This document shows, in pieces, positions 27,726 through 41,502 of a DNA stretch of 64,000 nucleotides. A model generated the notes under the pieces. The model was not told the origin of the DNA. It saw only the letters and a program-made list of their open reading frames with translations, and did not search any database. A program made the position numbers and the translations under genes. Origin of the DNA: Octopus sinensis (taxonomy: Eukaryota); contig NC_043021.1 in the NCBI RefSeq assembly GCF_006345805.1, positions 4,030,001 through 4,094,000 of the forward strand. Reading direction: 5' to 3'. How positions within the stretch are numbered: position 1 is the stretch's first letter; every line of letters starts with the position of its first letter.

Positions 27726-27956
27726 ACGTGTGAGCATGTACATATACACCCCCCACATATTTGCGCATATAAATATGTAATTCACATGCAAATAATGTCA
27801 CACCCACTAACTATTTGGTCGTTGTGCACCGTCATTCATTATCTGGTTGAGATGAACTTAGATCGCATAGCATGGGTTGGGTTCGTATACATCTATCAAC
27901 CATACACACACATACATACATATGTATGTGTGTAAGCATTTATTACGATTATTGAC

Positions 27957-28510
27957 GCGGTGAGCTGGCAGAAACGTTAGCAGGCCGGGCGAAATGCGTG
28001 GCCGTATTTCGTCTGCCGCTACGTTCTGAGTTCAAATTCCGCCGAGGTCGACTTTGCCTTTCATCCTTTCGGGGGTCGATAAATTAAGTACCAGTTACGC
28101 ACTGGGGTCGATGTAATCGACTTAATCCGTTTGTCTGTCCTTGTTTGTCCTCTCTGTGTTTAGCTCCTTGTGGGTAGTAAAGAAATAGGTATTTCGCCTG
28201 CCGCTACATTCTGAGTTCAAATTCCGCCGAGGTCGACTTTGCCTTTCATCCTTTCGGGGGTCGATAAATGAAATACCAGTTACGCACTGGGGTCGATGTA
28301 ATCGACTTAATCCCTTTGTCTGTCCTTGTTTGTCCTCTCTGTGTTTAGCCCCTTGTGGGTAGTAAAGAAATAGGTATTTCGTCTGCCGCTACGTTCTGAG
28401 TTCAAATTCTGCCGAGGTCGACTTTGCCTTTCGTCCTTTCGGGGTCGATAAATTAAGTACCAGTGAAAACACTGGGATCAATGTAATCGACTAGTCCCGT
28501 CCCACCAAAT
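27957..28510 (+). mobile_element. SINE family B, head plus three bodies
   Basis: 185-bp period (starts 28003, 28188, 28373); third body has the alternative tail. Confidence 0.9.
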
Positions 28511-28790
28511 TTCACTGTGAGATTAGGTGGTCTATAGCTTCAATCTCATCGTTACAGAATCGGCATTCTTGGGTCAGCTCCATTTTTTAATCACATTGGC
28601 TTGGTAGTTCCGGGTTAATAAGCTTTGGTCTTGAGCAGCCAATATGAAACCTTCACTCTCTGCTTTCGTAACCATTGGTGCGTGTGTTTCTGGTCGACAT
28701 CAGCTTGTTTGCTACGGGCCACATACTTGCCATGCAGAGGTTTCTGTTCCCATCTGCTAGCTAATTTTTCATGTGCGTTTGTCTTTGGAA
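28511..28790 (-). mobile_element. R4/Dong fragment (post-RT region and CCHC start)
   Basis: RWEQKPLHGKYV..QWL..ESEGFILAAQDQSLLTRNYQ..CRFCNDEIEAIDHLIS; (TAA)n at its 5' side. Confidence 0.85.
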
Positions 28791-29609
28791 TTAATTTTAT
28801 TATTATTATTATTATTATTTTTAATTTTTATTAGTCATTTACTTGTTTCAGTCATTTGACCGTGGCCATGCTGGAGCACCGCCTTCAGTCGAATAAATCG
28901 ACCCTAGGATTTGTAAGCCTAGTACTTACTCTATTGGTCTCTTTTGCCGAACTACTAAGTTATGATGTTGGTGTGTTAATTGAGAAAATCTTCGGCAATC
29001 ATCAGAAAAGGCTGAAAGGAATGGTATATAAAAGGCCTTTGCCAGTAATAGTCTTCAGCTCAGTTCCATTGTGCAGTATCTTGGGCAAGTATCTCTTACT
29101 ATAAGCCGCGGGCCGCCCAAAGCTTTGTGAGTGGATTTGATAGACGGAAACTGAAAGAAGCCTGTTCTGTCAATGGCTGTATGTGAGTGTGTCAGCCAAA
29201 GTCCATCGTTACGACTGTCACGCCTCCCTCCTTTAATTGGGAAGGAGAGCAGTTTTCCTCTGACTTCTGGCTCTAGAGAAAGCAAAGTCTGACTGAGCGC
29301 GAGTCTCTTTTGTCGAGCACTCCACCGACTCCAAGTTCCACGCGAAGAGGAAAGTGAAGAAATAAATTTACTGAGAGTAAAGTGAGAGTTGCAAAAACGC
29401 CAAAGACGGATGGACTTCTCTTTAAACCTATAGGCCCCAAAGAACAATTGATGGAAAATGTTCTTATTGATGATCGGGTGTGATGCTTTTAACCTATTTT
29501 AGTAAAAAAAAAAAAAAAAATTCTCAACCAAAGCCGCATGTTGTACAATGAACATGTTTCAAGAATTAGCTTGTGTAGATAAGTATATTTATAAACATAT
29601 GAGAATGTC

Positions 29610-29651
<42 letters not shown>

Positions 29652-30024
29652 ATCTATGCATATATGTGCATATATGTATATATATATATATATATGCGTG
29701 TATATAAATATATATAGAGGCCTGACTGTGTGGTAAGAAACTTGTTTCCCAACCACAAGGTTCCAGGTTCAGTCCCACTGTGTGACACCTTGCGCAAGTG
29801 TCTTCTACTATAGCTTCGGATGATATGTGTGTGTGTGTCCCAACTACCACTTGACAACCTGTGTTGGTATGTTTACATCTCCGTGACTTAGCAGTCCGGC
29901 AAAACAGATACAATAAGTACTAGTCTTTAAAAAAATAAGTCCTGGGGATCGATTTGTTCAACTAAAACCCTTCAGGGCGGTGCCCCAGTATGGCTGCAGT
30001 CGAAAGACTGAAACAAGATACACA

Positions 30025-30076
<52 letters not shown>

Positions 30077-30399
30077 TATGTAAGCAGCAGCCTTTATATA
30101 TTTGGTAAATAAAGAATTCGGTAGGTAATAGCAATTCCAGTGTTTCACCGAATCTGGCTTTTCGGCCACAGCTAATTGGAATTAACCTCGATTAGACGAA
30201 TCAAGAAATGCTACGCGCGAGTGTGTGTACACTTACCTTCTATAAAGAAGATTAGAAGTGAAGCGAACAGCAAGAACACAATCGAATCGGTAAAAATAAA
30301 GTACCAGTCAAGGACTGAGGGAGTCGGTTATGGCTTTACAATCCGTCTTAGATGTGAATGGAAGGAAGGAAGGAAGGAAGAAAGGATGGATGCAAGGAA

Positions 30400-30480
30400 G
30401 GATGGGTAGACATATTGATAGAGAGATAGACAAATATATAGGGATGGATGGATGGATAGATAGATAGACGGATAGACAGA

Positions 30481-30520
<40 letters not shown>

Positions 30521-30552
30521 TAGATAGATAGATAGATAGATAGACAGATAGA

Positions 30553-30584
<32 letters not shown>

Positions 30585-30649
30585 TAGATAGACAGATAGA
30601 TAGACAGACAGATAGACAGACAGATAGATAGATAGATAGACGGATAGAC

Positions 30650-30732
<83 letters not shown>

Positions 30733-30733
30733 C

Positions 30734-30791
<58 letters not shown>

Positions 30792-30952
30792 GTAGATAGA
30801 CAGATAGACGGATAGACAGACAGATAGACGGATAGATAGACAGACAGATAGATAGATAGATAAGACAGACAGACAGATGGATAAATAGACACAGATAGAT
30901 AGCTGGATAGATAAATATACAGACAGACAGACAGACAGATAGATAGATAGAT
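30400..30952. repeat. (GATA/GACA)n microsatellite
   Basis: Direct reading. Confidence 0.95.
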
Positions 30953-31199
30953 GCATTTTGGTGTTATCGTTTTGGACGTAACAGATTGGTGTGTGTGTGA
31001 GAGAGAGAGTTACATTTATGAGATTACCCTTAAGTTTTATACGAGCATATACTATATAAGTTTTACATTAATATAACAATGATTATTATTATTATCATAT
31101 GAATATATAATGATTAATAATTATTAAACATACTTGAATTGAGCGCATCATTATAAAATTTAAAAAATATTCAATAAAGGTCGATTGTTGTTGATTTGC

Positions 31200-31657
31200 T
31201 TATCTGCCAGCTTGTAACGGTGTTGACATCTGTCACACACACAGTACAAGGAGAGATGAATGAACAAGTGTTAGAATGAACGTTTGGCTTTATTCATATA
31301 ATGCGTTTTCACACAGGGCCTCCCTCCCCCACTGTCACCCTTTAGCTGCCTGACTCTCTCTCTCTCTCTCTCTCTCTCTAATCATTTACTCTCTCTCTCT
31401 CTTTCGTAGTGACAGTCTTCTTACTACCTTGTCGTGTTTCCATTTTCATTACTATGGATGTATTTTTCATTCATTTTTACCTGCTTTTTACGCTTCGAAC
31501 CTTTTTCTATCTCACCTCGTTTCGTGTTGCCGCCTGTTTCAATTCGTTTGAACTGCATGCTTGCTTGTGTGTGTGTGTGTGTGTGGTGTCTGTGTGTGTG
31601 TGTGTATGTGTGGTGTGTATGTGTGTCTGTGTGTGTGTGGTGTGTGTGTGTATACGT

Positions 31658-31695
<38 letters not shown>

Positions 31696-31832
31696 TGTGC
31701 GTGCGTATAAATGTATGAAAGAGAATTTCTGAGATGTGTATCTCCGTAGCTATAGAGCTTTGCTCCTGATGCGAGAGAAAAAAAAAAGTGAATAGATATA
31801 TATATAAGCTCTATCTCTCACTCTTTCTTTCT

Positions 31833-31869
<37 letters not shown>

Positions 31870-32450
31870 TACATACATACACGAAGAGAGATAATATTGT
31901 GTAGAGAAAGTGTCGTAAAACCTAGCAAAGTTAAAGATAACAGCAACAAGTGTGTGTGTGTGTGTGTATATAAATCAATGTTTTTGTATCACACTTTATT
32001 CCGAATTTATTCCCAGTAATTCAGTTTTCAAAATACAATTCATTTTTATTTCGGCCTCAACGTCGTAACGCACGACAATGTAATATTAACAGACAATGCA
32101 ACGAATAAAACGTTTATGGTCGAGAGAACCAGACAAAGGCCAAACTCTTTATAGTAGTAGTAGTAGTAGTAGTAGTAACAGTAGTAGTAGTAGTAATCGT
32201 CCTTTCTAATACAGGCACAAGGCCTGGAATTTGGGGGGGGAGAGGGATAGTTGATTACATCGACTCCAGGGATCTTTTCGGTTTGAACGGCAGGATAGGA
32301 CAACGCAGCCACAGCAGGAGGTGTATTCGGACATGAAATGTAAAAGCCGGACTGGACTATTTTATGCGCAACTCCATTGTCTCCCGAGACAAAAAGGATG
32401 CCAACAACGAATTTCAGTGGAGGCAATACAAATGGAAACTACAGGAACAT
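31200..32450. promoter_or_regulatory. Possible promoter or 5' region at the edge of the CpG-depleted domain
   Basis: Last CpG-retaining unique sequence, with (CT)n/(GT)n tracts, before CpG decay begins; no TSS motif demonstrated. Confidence 0.25.
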
Positions 32451-32454
32451 AATT

Positions 32455-32866
32455 AATTGTTTCTTTATTGCCCACAAGGGGGGTAAACACAGAGGGGGCA
32501 AACAAGGACAGACAAACGAATTAAGTCAATTACATCGACCCCCAGTGCGTAACTGGTACTTAATTTATCGACCCTGAAAGGATGAAAGGCAAAGTCGACC
32601 TCGGCGGAATTTGAACTCAGAACGTAACGGCAGACGAAATACGTATTTCTTTACTACCCACAAGGGGCTAAACACAGAGAGGGAACAAACAAGGACAGAC
32701 AAAGGGATTAAGTCGATTACATCGACCCCAGTGCGTAACTGGTACTTAATTTATCGACCCTGAAAGGATGAAAGGCAAAGTCGATCTCGGCGGAATTTGA
32801 ACTCAGAACGTAACGGCAGCTGAAATACGGCTACGCATTTCGCCCGGCGTGATAACAGTTCTGCCA
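32455..32866 (-). mobile_element. SINE family B, head plus two bodies
   Basis: Internal junction aaagaaata|cgtatttcg at about 32640. Confidence 0.85.
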
Positions 32867-33064
32867 CAACCACATTAAAAAATCAAGGATATTAGATAAT
32901 CAAATAATAACTATGCTCATCAGAGTTGACCGATTAAACTTTTACAGGGAAAAGGTTTACAGTGACTGCGAAGTTTCAGCTTATTAACCTTCACTAATCT
33001 TCAAAGTTACTATTAACCATTTACTTGTAAAAAAAAAAATTAATAAATATGGATTGTAGAGTGA

Positions 33065-33455
33065 CCCACTGTTCTTGAGGAGACCTGTTGAGTCAAGTAC
33101 GTCAACATCAAAATAAAAATTCAAATGGAAATCGTAGTCAAGACACCCGTGCCAGTAACATGTAAAAAGCACCGTCCGAATGTGGCAGATACTAGTGCTG
33201 CCTGACTGGCATCCGTGTCGGTGACATGTTAAAGCACCAATTGATTGTGGCCGTTTGCCAGCCTCCTCTGCCGGTGGCATGTAAAAAACACCCACTACAC
33301 TCACGGAGTGGTTGGCATAAGGAAGGACATCCAGTTGTAGAAACACTGCCAAATCAGACTAGAGCCTGGTGCAGCCTCCATGGCTTACTAGACCGTGGTC
33401 GAACCATCCAACCCATGCTAGCATGGAAAACGGACGTTAAATGATGATGATGATG
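33065..33455 (+). mobile_element. Family D element (RTE-tail-like, (GAT)n end)
   Basis: Repeated ggcacgtaaaaagcacc-type units, then aaggacatccag..catgctagcatggaaaacggacgttaaatgatgatg. Confidence 0.75.
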
Positions 33456-33583
33456 TGCTGTATTCAAAGTACTGAGTAAATCCTTTAGTTTAATGCTAAA
33501 TTGTATTTATATATAACCTGGTATAAGAACAAACATTAATACACACATACAGGATTTCTCTTGTCTTAGTTCTTCAGAACTGC

Positions 33584-35143
33584 TTAACAACTGATAGCTG
33601 TTTCTGTAAGAAAGCTGCCACCCATCACCTACTCTTACTTCTGTTCATCTCTGTTATTGCTCATTACTCTCCTCCTGTCTTTACTACAGTAATACTATCG
33701 CTACCAGTTTCAGTCATTCAATGCGACCATGCTGGGGCACCAAGGCAGTGTCCCAGTATATAATCTGCAGAAAGTTGTAACTTTTTTGCCAGTTAAAGAT
33801 TAGATATAAATTCGATGCAGGTGGAAAAGCAAAGATCAATATTTTTGGAAATTGCAAAAACAGCCAAAGACAAATATCATAAATATTATTACATTTCATC
33901 GTGTTTGGTTAATAACACATGCTATATCGCTATAAATATTATCACATTTTGTCGTGTCTAATCATATAAACATAAAGCCAAACCTCTCAATGGTTGGCTG
34001 TGCAGCTAGAAATATCAGCTAAATCTCCTCTCAAAGGCGACACACTGGATGATGTAATCCTAGATACGTTTGTTTGAATAAAGGATGGAACGATCAAAGC
34101 TCGAGTGCAGTGGTTTTCAACCAGGGTTCCGCAGAACCTTAGGGTTCCACCAGTACAGTCCAGGGGTTCCACAAGAAATTACAAAAATGCTAAAATCGAC
34201 AGTAATTTTTAATTCTCCTGTGCAGATATGTGTGCATAAGACAATTAAATTATTGCGCAGGGGTTCCTCGAGCCAGTGGAATGTTTCCTTGGGGTTCCGC
34301 TTCAGCAAAAAGTTTGAAAAGCACTGCTCTAGTGCATGAGTTGGTCTGACTTAGAGTTAAATAGCGACAAGGAAACAAACTAAAATGATAAAAACATGTT
34401 CATAATAACAAGGTCGAGAACGAAAGAGGTGGAAAGAGATTATGCATCTGTGTGTGAACAGTGATGATGATGATGATGAATGTCAGTCCAGATTGAGCAG
34501 ACTTAGAATCAAAGGCAGTCTAGCCCTGACCATCCCATGTTGCTGTGCATCATTTATCCAAATATGTCTTTATTTAAAATGTATTTAAAATTGTATTGAC
34601 TCAGTACTATGTTATATAGAGAGGGTAACAAGTCCTCGCGAGAAAGAACAAAATGGACCTCTCATCCTTGCTTTTTCTCCACTCGTTCAACAATCATTCT
34701 AGAGGGTGGGACATTTTTCTGTGGCAAGAGTATAAGAATGGGATGCCTGGTACATTTTAAGTGTAGAGTCATGGGCAAACTGCAGCCCCAGAACTTTCTG
34801 AATGACATGGCTAAACGAAAAATTACCTTGAAGTTTTTTAATAGTGCAAAGCACCTGATAATGAGAAAGAGATTGCCCATATTTTGTGTAGAGAGTACAC
34901 AACACTCAAAGAAGTGTACATTCACTCAGATAATGTGACCAAGGAGGAGAACAAAGAAGAGAGTGAAAACTATGACATCGGAAAAGCCGAAGTGGGTGAA
35001 CGAAAGAAGTAAGAATATGCTGATAGCGATAGTGTTATTGTAGTAAAGACAGGAAGAGAGTAATGGGCAATAACAGAGATGAACAGAAGTAAGAGTAGGT
35101 GATGGGTGGCAGCTTTCTTACAGAAACAGCTATCAGTTGTTAA
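33584..35143. repeat. 120-bp inverted repeat pair, 33584-33703 and 35024-35143
   Basis: 4 mismatches by eye over 120 bp; both outer ends are TTAA. Confidence 0.9.
34108..34326. mobile_element. hAT (Charlie-like) MITE
   Basis: TIR cagtggttttcaa / ttgaaaagcactg; TSD ctcgagtg / ctctagtg; same family as 59247-59684. Confidence 0.85.
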
Positions 35144-36034
35144 CCACCAAAATAACATATTCTCCTCTGTTTCTTGAAAAATTGAGTACTTTCATATCCA
35201 TGTGTTATCTTTCCACCCCACTAGAAATACACCATATTACACACACACATACACACGTACACATACACACACACACACACAAGTTTGGTATAATTGGCCC
35301 ATGAGTACATTTCCACACATTAACATAGGAAAAACAAAAATCATAAATGAGACAAAAAAATTTTAAAAAAAAGAACCAGTTGGACTTGAACTCAAATTCA
35401 ACTCTATGAAAAAAAAAACAAAAAGAAGAAAAACAGAGAGAGAAAAAGAGGAAGTGTGCATGTGTGTGTGTGAGAGAGAGGGAGAGAGAAAGAGAAGAGT
35501 GCCAACTAAGCTTATTGATTCTTTACGAGATGTGTAATTAAAACCTTTACTATTAGCAGTAGATCGAATGGAAAAAATACAACAAAACAAAATAATCAAA
35601 GATGAAGAAAGCTCTTACTATGGAACCGACCAACACAAAAACACAAACAGGGCGAAAACGGCAGCGGTGGTGAGGTGAGGGTGTTGATGGTGAAGATGTA
35701 GTGGTAGCAGTGGTGATGATGGTGTGGTGGTGAAAAATGATGATGAGAGGCTGGTGATTTCTATATTTGACAAAAGGGCAACATACACTCAAAACATTAC
35801 AATGCAATAATGACGATAACGACTGATCAATAAACCCAAACAGCAACAAAAGAAATAATTAATTAAACACAAAATGATTTCTTTATTGCTACCTAAAGTG
35901 TGCAATATAAGGGGCTATTAAAGGGACAGATTACAAAATCGTGTGCGCCTGAGAGGGGTAACAGAAAACTGCGCTGAATGAAAAATGATATTTTATACAC
36001 ACACAATATATACACAAAAACATACATATAATCA

Positions 36035-36372
36035 TTCCGTGGCACCTTGGGCAAGTGTCTTCTACTTATAGCCTCGGGCCGACCAAAGCCTTGTGAGTGG
36101 ATTTGGTAGACGGAAACTGAAAGAAGCCCGTCGTATATATGTATATATATATATGCGTGTGTGTGTGTTTGTGTGTCTGTGTTTGTCCCCCTAGCATTGC
36201 TTGACAACCGATGCTGGTGTGTTTACGTCCCCGTTACTTAGTGGTTCGGCAAAAGAGACCAATAGAATAAGTACTGGGCTTACGAAAGAATAAGTCCCAG
36301 GGTCGAGTTGCTTGATTAAAGGCGGTGCTCCAGCATGTCCGCAATCAAATGACTGAAACAAGTAAAAGAGTA
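36035..36372 (+). mobile_element. 5'-truncated SINE family A
   Basis: Begins at ccgtggcaccttgggcaag; intact tail. Confidence 0.85.
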
Positions 36373-37149
36373 ACACTCGTTTTCTATGCTGGCATAAGAT
36401 GGACAGTTTGATGGGAGCTGGTTAGGCCGAGGGTCACACCAGGCTCCACTTGTCTGTTCTGACATTGTTTTTATGGCTGGATGCCCTTCCTAATGCCAAC
36501 CACTTTACAGAATGTACTGGGAATTTTTTATGTGACACCCAGTGGTGGGCTACATACACACATACAAAGATATATATATATATATATATTTCTATATTGA
36601 CCACAAGGGGATAAACATAGAGGGGACAAACAAGGACAGACAAAGGGATTAAGTCGATTACATCGACCCCAGTGCGCAACTGGTACTTTATTTATCGACC
36701 CTGAAAGGATGAAAGGCAAAGTCGACCTCGGCGGAATTTGAACTCACAACATAATATATATATATATATACACACACACACACGACAGGTGTTTTCAGTT
36801 TCCATCTAGCAAATCCACTCACAAGGCTTTGGTCGCTATAGTGAAAGACACTTGCCCAAGGTGCCATGCAGTGGGAATTAATCTAATTAACCTGGACCTA
36901 TGTGGTTGGGAAACAAGCTTCTTACTACAGAGCCATGCTTGTTAAATCGATGATGATGATGATGACAATGATGTGTGTGTGGGGGGGGCATATATATGTG
37001 TGTTTTTTTGTTTTTTTTCTGCACCAACCCTTCCTTGTCATCGTTCCTCCTTACCCAACCTTCCCCACTGGTGCTTCCCTATATTACCTGCACCTCCCCC
37101 CACTATCTCTCCCTCTCTTTCCACTGGTGGAACCTTTCTCAGCTAGACC

Positions 37150-37412
37150 CCCCCCCAACTCAACTCTAGAAAAGCTCGAACCAATCGTGACTGATGCCGG
37201 ACCCCCCGGCCCCTGTGCAGGTGGCACGTAAAAAGCACCCACTCCACTCGCGGAGTGGTTGGCGTTAGGAAGGGCATCCAGCTGTAGAAACTCTGCCAGA
37301 TCAAGATTGGAGCCTGGAGCGGCCTCTGGCTTCCCAGACCCCGGTCAAACCGTCCAACCCGTGCTAGCGCGGAAAACGGACGTTAAACGATGATGATGAT
37401 GATGATGATGAT
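37150..37412 (+). mobile_element. Family D element with a single internal unit
   Basis: ggtggcacgtaaaaagcaccc..ggcgttaggaagggcatccag..(GAT)n. Confidence 0.75.
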
Positions 37413-38182
37413 ATATATATGTCCTTGTTAGTACAAGCAAAAGGAAACAGTAGTTATTACACGAAGAAGAGTTAATTATAATAACAACAACAACAACAGT
37501 CAAAGAACTGGGATTTCAACTGAGTGTCTTGTCTGGCCACTTAACAAATCAAGAAAAGGTGAAATGTTTTCATAAGTGGCAATGAATGCCAAACTATTAA
37601 AAGCCCACTGTTACTGCTATTGCACACACAAACACAGAATAATGGATTAATGATTATTTTTAAGAATGCGTGTGTGTGTGTGTGTGTGTGTGTATTATAG
37701 GCACAAGTGTGGCTCTGTGGTAAGAAAGTTGTTTCCCAACCACATGGTTTCGGGTTCAGTGTCATTGTGTGACACCTTGGGCAAGTGTTTTCTATTATAT
37801 TCTCAGACAGACCAAAGACTTCTAAGTGGATTTGGTAGACGGAAACTGAAAGAAGCCCTGCCACATATATGTGTGCGTGGTTCTATCCCTACCACGCTGG
37901 TTGATAACTGGTGTTAGTGTGTTTACATCCCTGTAACTTAGCGATTTGGCAAGCAAAAGAGACCAGGCTTAACCCCCACCCATAATAAAAATGCACTGGG
38001 GTCAATTTATTTGATTTAAAATAATTGGTGTTAGTGTGTTTACATCCCTGTAACTTAGTGATTTGGCATAATATATACTGGGGTCAATTTATTTGATTTA
38101 AAATTCTTCAAGGCAGTGCCCCAGCATGGCTGCAGTCTAATGATTGAAACAAGTAAGAAGTGAAAGATAAAAAGATATATAC

Positions 38183-38393
38183 TTTATTTGTGGGTTAACA
38201 AAGCGACCGATTGTTTCATGTGAAAAGAGTTTCACAGTTGTTGAATCATATCACATAGAAGTGTTGGTACTTGTCTCCCTTTCTGGATGAGAATACCAAA
38301 TGGAGTACCAGCACTTCCATGTAGTATGCGTGAACAATTGCGAAGATCTTTTCACATGAAACCATTGGTAACTTTGTTAATCCACAAATAAAA
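38183..38393. repeat. About 210-bp imperfect palindrome (fold-back MITE-like)
   Basis: Arms about 38183-38271 and 38304-38393, including perfect gtttcatgtgaaaaga / tcttttcacatgaaac. Confidence 0.85.
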
Positions 38394-38858
38394 AAACATT
38401 TATCCACTTATGCAGTGTTGAGCACTAATTCTCACTGTTCGATATTAGCATGTATGTGTGTTTATATATATATTAATGATAGAAAATGATGTAAAAAATT
38501 TGTTGAAACAATTGTAGTGGATTTAAATAAAGAATATCATTCATTCTATTTTCTATCATTTATCTACATTATTTCTATGAATATTACGGAATTCTCAACG
38601 TACAGCTGCAGGAGCATTTTCACTGCATGGTGACATCAGATAACCAATAATTGTGGATGAGCTTTGCATAGCATTCTACAAGGCTTTTACCTAAATTTTT
38701 TGTAACTATACAGGTTGGGCCAAAAGTCACACACAAAGTAAGTCTAATATGCTCCGGAATTGTCAAAGACATGCTTCAACGTTTCTAAAGTTGAATAAAA
38801 TAGACAAAATAATGATGAATAAACACATACTTGTACATGATGAACAAAATGAACAAAA

Positions 38859-38917
<59 letters not shown>

Positions 38918-39144
38918 CCTTTCTATGATAGGTACAAGGCCTGAAATTTGGGGGGAGGGGGATAGTAAATTACACTGACCCCAGTACTCAACTGGTACTT
39001 ATTTTATTGACTCTGAAAGGATGAAAGGCAAAGTCGGCCTCAGCGGAGTTTTAACTCAGAATGCAGCAACAGGTGAAATACTGCGAACCATTTCGTCCAG
39101 CATGCTAACAATTCTGCCAGCTCACTGCCTTAATAATAATAATC

Positions 39145-39175
<31 letters not shown>

Positions 39176-39185
39176 TAATAATAAT

Positions 39186-39470
39186 GGTTAGGCAAAGTAC
39201 CAGAACCTGGCCACTGAGTTATAGAGGCTATGGAAAATACAGGTAAAATGTATCTCCATAATTATAAGTGTATTACGAACTATCCCTAAAGATTTGAGCT
39301 GATGGATAAAGGAAAGAGGCATAAAATCTAGTTTAGTGAAGCTCCAGAAAACAATGTTATTAGAAACAGCCAGAATACTTAGGAGGGTTCTTGGCATGTA
39401 AGGTTAATTGTAGTCGTCTCATGTTAGAAATTTCTCTTTTCCAACAGTTTTATCTGTTGCATGTATATGA
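39186..39470 (+). mobile_element. R4/Dong 3' fragment of a second lineage in (TAA)n
   Basis: KYQNLATEL*RLWK..IP..LQKTMLLETARILRRVLGM*; (TAA)n on both sides. Confidence 0.75.
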
Positions 39471-40379
39471 AATAATAATAATAATTTCTAACAATGATAG
39501 GAGACCATGAATTTGTAGAAGATGAACAGTCAAGCCCCTAGTACTTGACTGGTACTTTATTTTATAAGCCTCGAAAAGATGAAAGCTGACACTGACTTCG
39601 GCAAGATTTGAACTCACAACATAAAGTGCTATAACTAAATACACCAAGGTATCTAGTTACCTGTTGCTGCAACGATTCTATTGCCCTTTAATAGTTGTTT
39701 CGCATGGAATTGGTGGGGTTGTGCCAGAGAACAGTTGATTATATACCAGTTGCAGTATTTGACTTATGCTTTATTTTATCGACCCTGGAGGGATTGAAAG
39801 ACACAGTTGACCTCAGTGGGGTTTGAACTCAGATCGTTCAAAGTCAGAATAAATACTGTGAAGCATTTTATTCAAAGCTCTAACAAATTCTGCTAATCCA
39901 TCATTCTAATAATGATGATGATGATGATTACAAACAACCAAATATTGCTGTAACAGCAGCAATACGAGCTGCAGCAGCAACAGCATCAGCACCACCATCA
40001 TCATCATCATCGTCATCATCATTGTTATCAGCAGCAGCAGCATCCGTAAGAGGAGCAGCAACAACCATGTAGCATCTTGATGGCTGGCGGCATCGGAAGG
40101 ACAAACCTACATTGAATAGATTTATTGTGTCTCTTCTACGGAAGAAGGTAAATAAATGGATAAATAGATAAATAAATAAATAATATATATATATATATAT
40201 ATAGGTAAATAAAATAAAAATAAAAATAAAAATAAAATAAAAAAAAGCTTTCCTCCCATCAAGTTGCTTAAGAAAATAAGTGAAGCTTAAGATTATTGAG
40301 TTATTTCATGATTACCATCATTGCTTGTGTTACATCCCTGCTGAAGCAGTGGTTGTGAATCGATAAGACTGAGTGTGTG

Positions 40380-40698
40380 TGGGTGTGGGGGGTGTATGTG
40401 CATGTGTGTGTGTGTGTGTGTGTGCATGTGGCATGCACATGTATGGTGTATAGATATACGTGTGTATGTGTGTGGGCACATGTATGTGTGGCAGGTAGCG
40501 TGTATTACACACGTGTGTATGTGATATATAGATGTGAGACTATATATATGTGTGTGTGTGTGTGCATCTGTGTGTGTGCATGTGGCATGCACATGTATGG
40601 TGTATAGATATATGCGTGTATGTGCATGGGCACATGTATGTGTGGCAGGTAGCATGTATTACACACGTGTATGTGTATGTGATATATAGATGTGAGAC

Positions 40699-40732
<34 letters not shown>

Positions 40733-41130
40733 TGCATGTGTGTGTGTGTGTGCATGTGGCATGCACATGTATGGTGTATAGATATATGCGTGTATGTGTG
40801 TGGGCACATGTATGTGTGGCAGGTAGCATGTATTAGACACATGTGTATGTGATATATAGATATGAGACTGTGTGTGTGTGTGTGCATGTGGCATGCACAT
40901 GTATGGTGTATAGATATATGCGTGTATGTGTGTGGGCACATGTATGTGTGGCAGGTAGCATGTATTAGACACATGTGTATGTGATATATAGATATGAGAC
41001 TGTGTGTGTGTGTGTGCATGTGGCATGCACATGTATGGTGTATAGATATATGTGTGTATGTGTGTGGGCACATGTATGTGTGGCAGGTAGCGTGTATTAG
41101 ACACATGTGTATGTGATATAGAGATGCGAG

Positions 41131-41162
<32 letters not shown>

Positions 41163-41502
41163 CATGTGGCATGCACATGTATGGTGTATAGATATACGTG
41201 TGTATGTGTGTGGGCACATGTATGTGTGGCAGGTAGCATGTATTACACGCATGTGTATGTGATATATAGATGTGAGACTATATATATGTGTGTGTGTGTG
41301 TGTGCATCTGTGTGTGCATGTGGCATGCACATGTATGGTATATAGATATACGTGTGTATGTATGTGTGTGGGCACATGTATGTGTGGCAGGTAGCGTGTA
41401 TTACACACGTGTGTGTGTATGTGATATATAGATGTGAGACTCTGTGTGTGTGTGTGTATGTATGTGATATATAGATGTGAGACTGTGTGTGTGTGTGTGT
41501 GC

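Noticed and set aside
29170-29450. 130-aa minus ORF 29055-29447
   Set aside because: Partly SINE-A sequence and no convincing motif in the remainder
34609-34938. 109-aa plus-strand ORF between the inverted repeats
   Set aside because: No recognisable domain; minus frames give only weak CR1/L2-like scraps (LKMYQA, PTL*ND, ERVEKK), too degenerate to call
38714-38737. 24-nt microexon candidate (tatacag|...|gtaagt)
   Set aside because: Good splice sites but the sequence also resembles a Tc1-type TIR (tacaggttgggccaaaagt) and there is no linked exon
39912-40160. Poly-Asp/Ala or poly-Ser mini-ORF
   Set aside because: Explained by (GAT)/(CAG)/(CAT) trinucleotide runs
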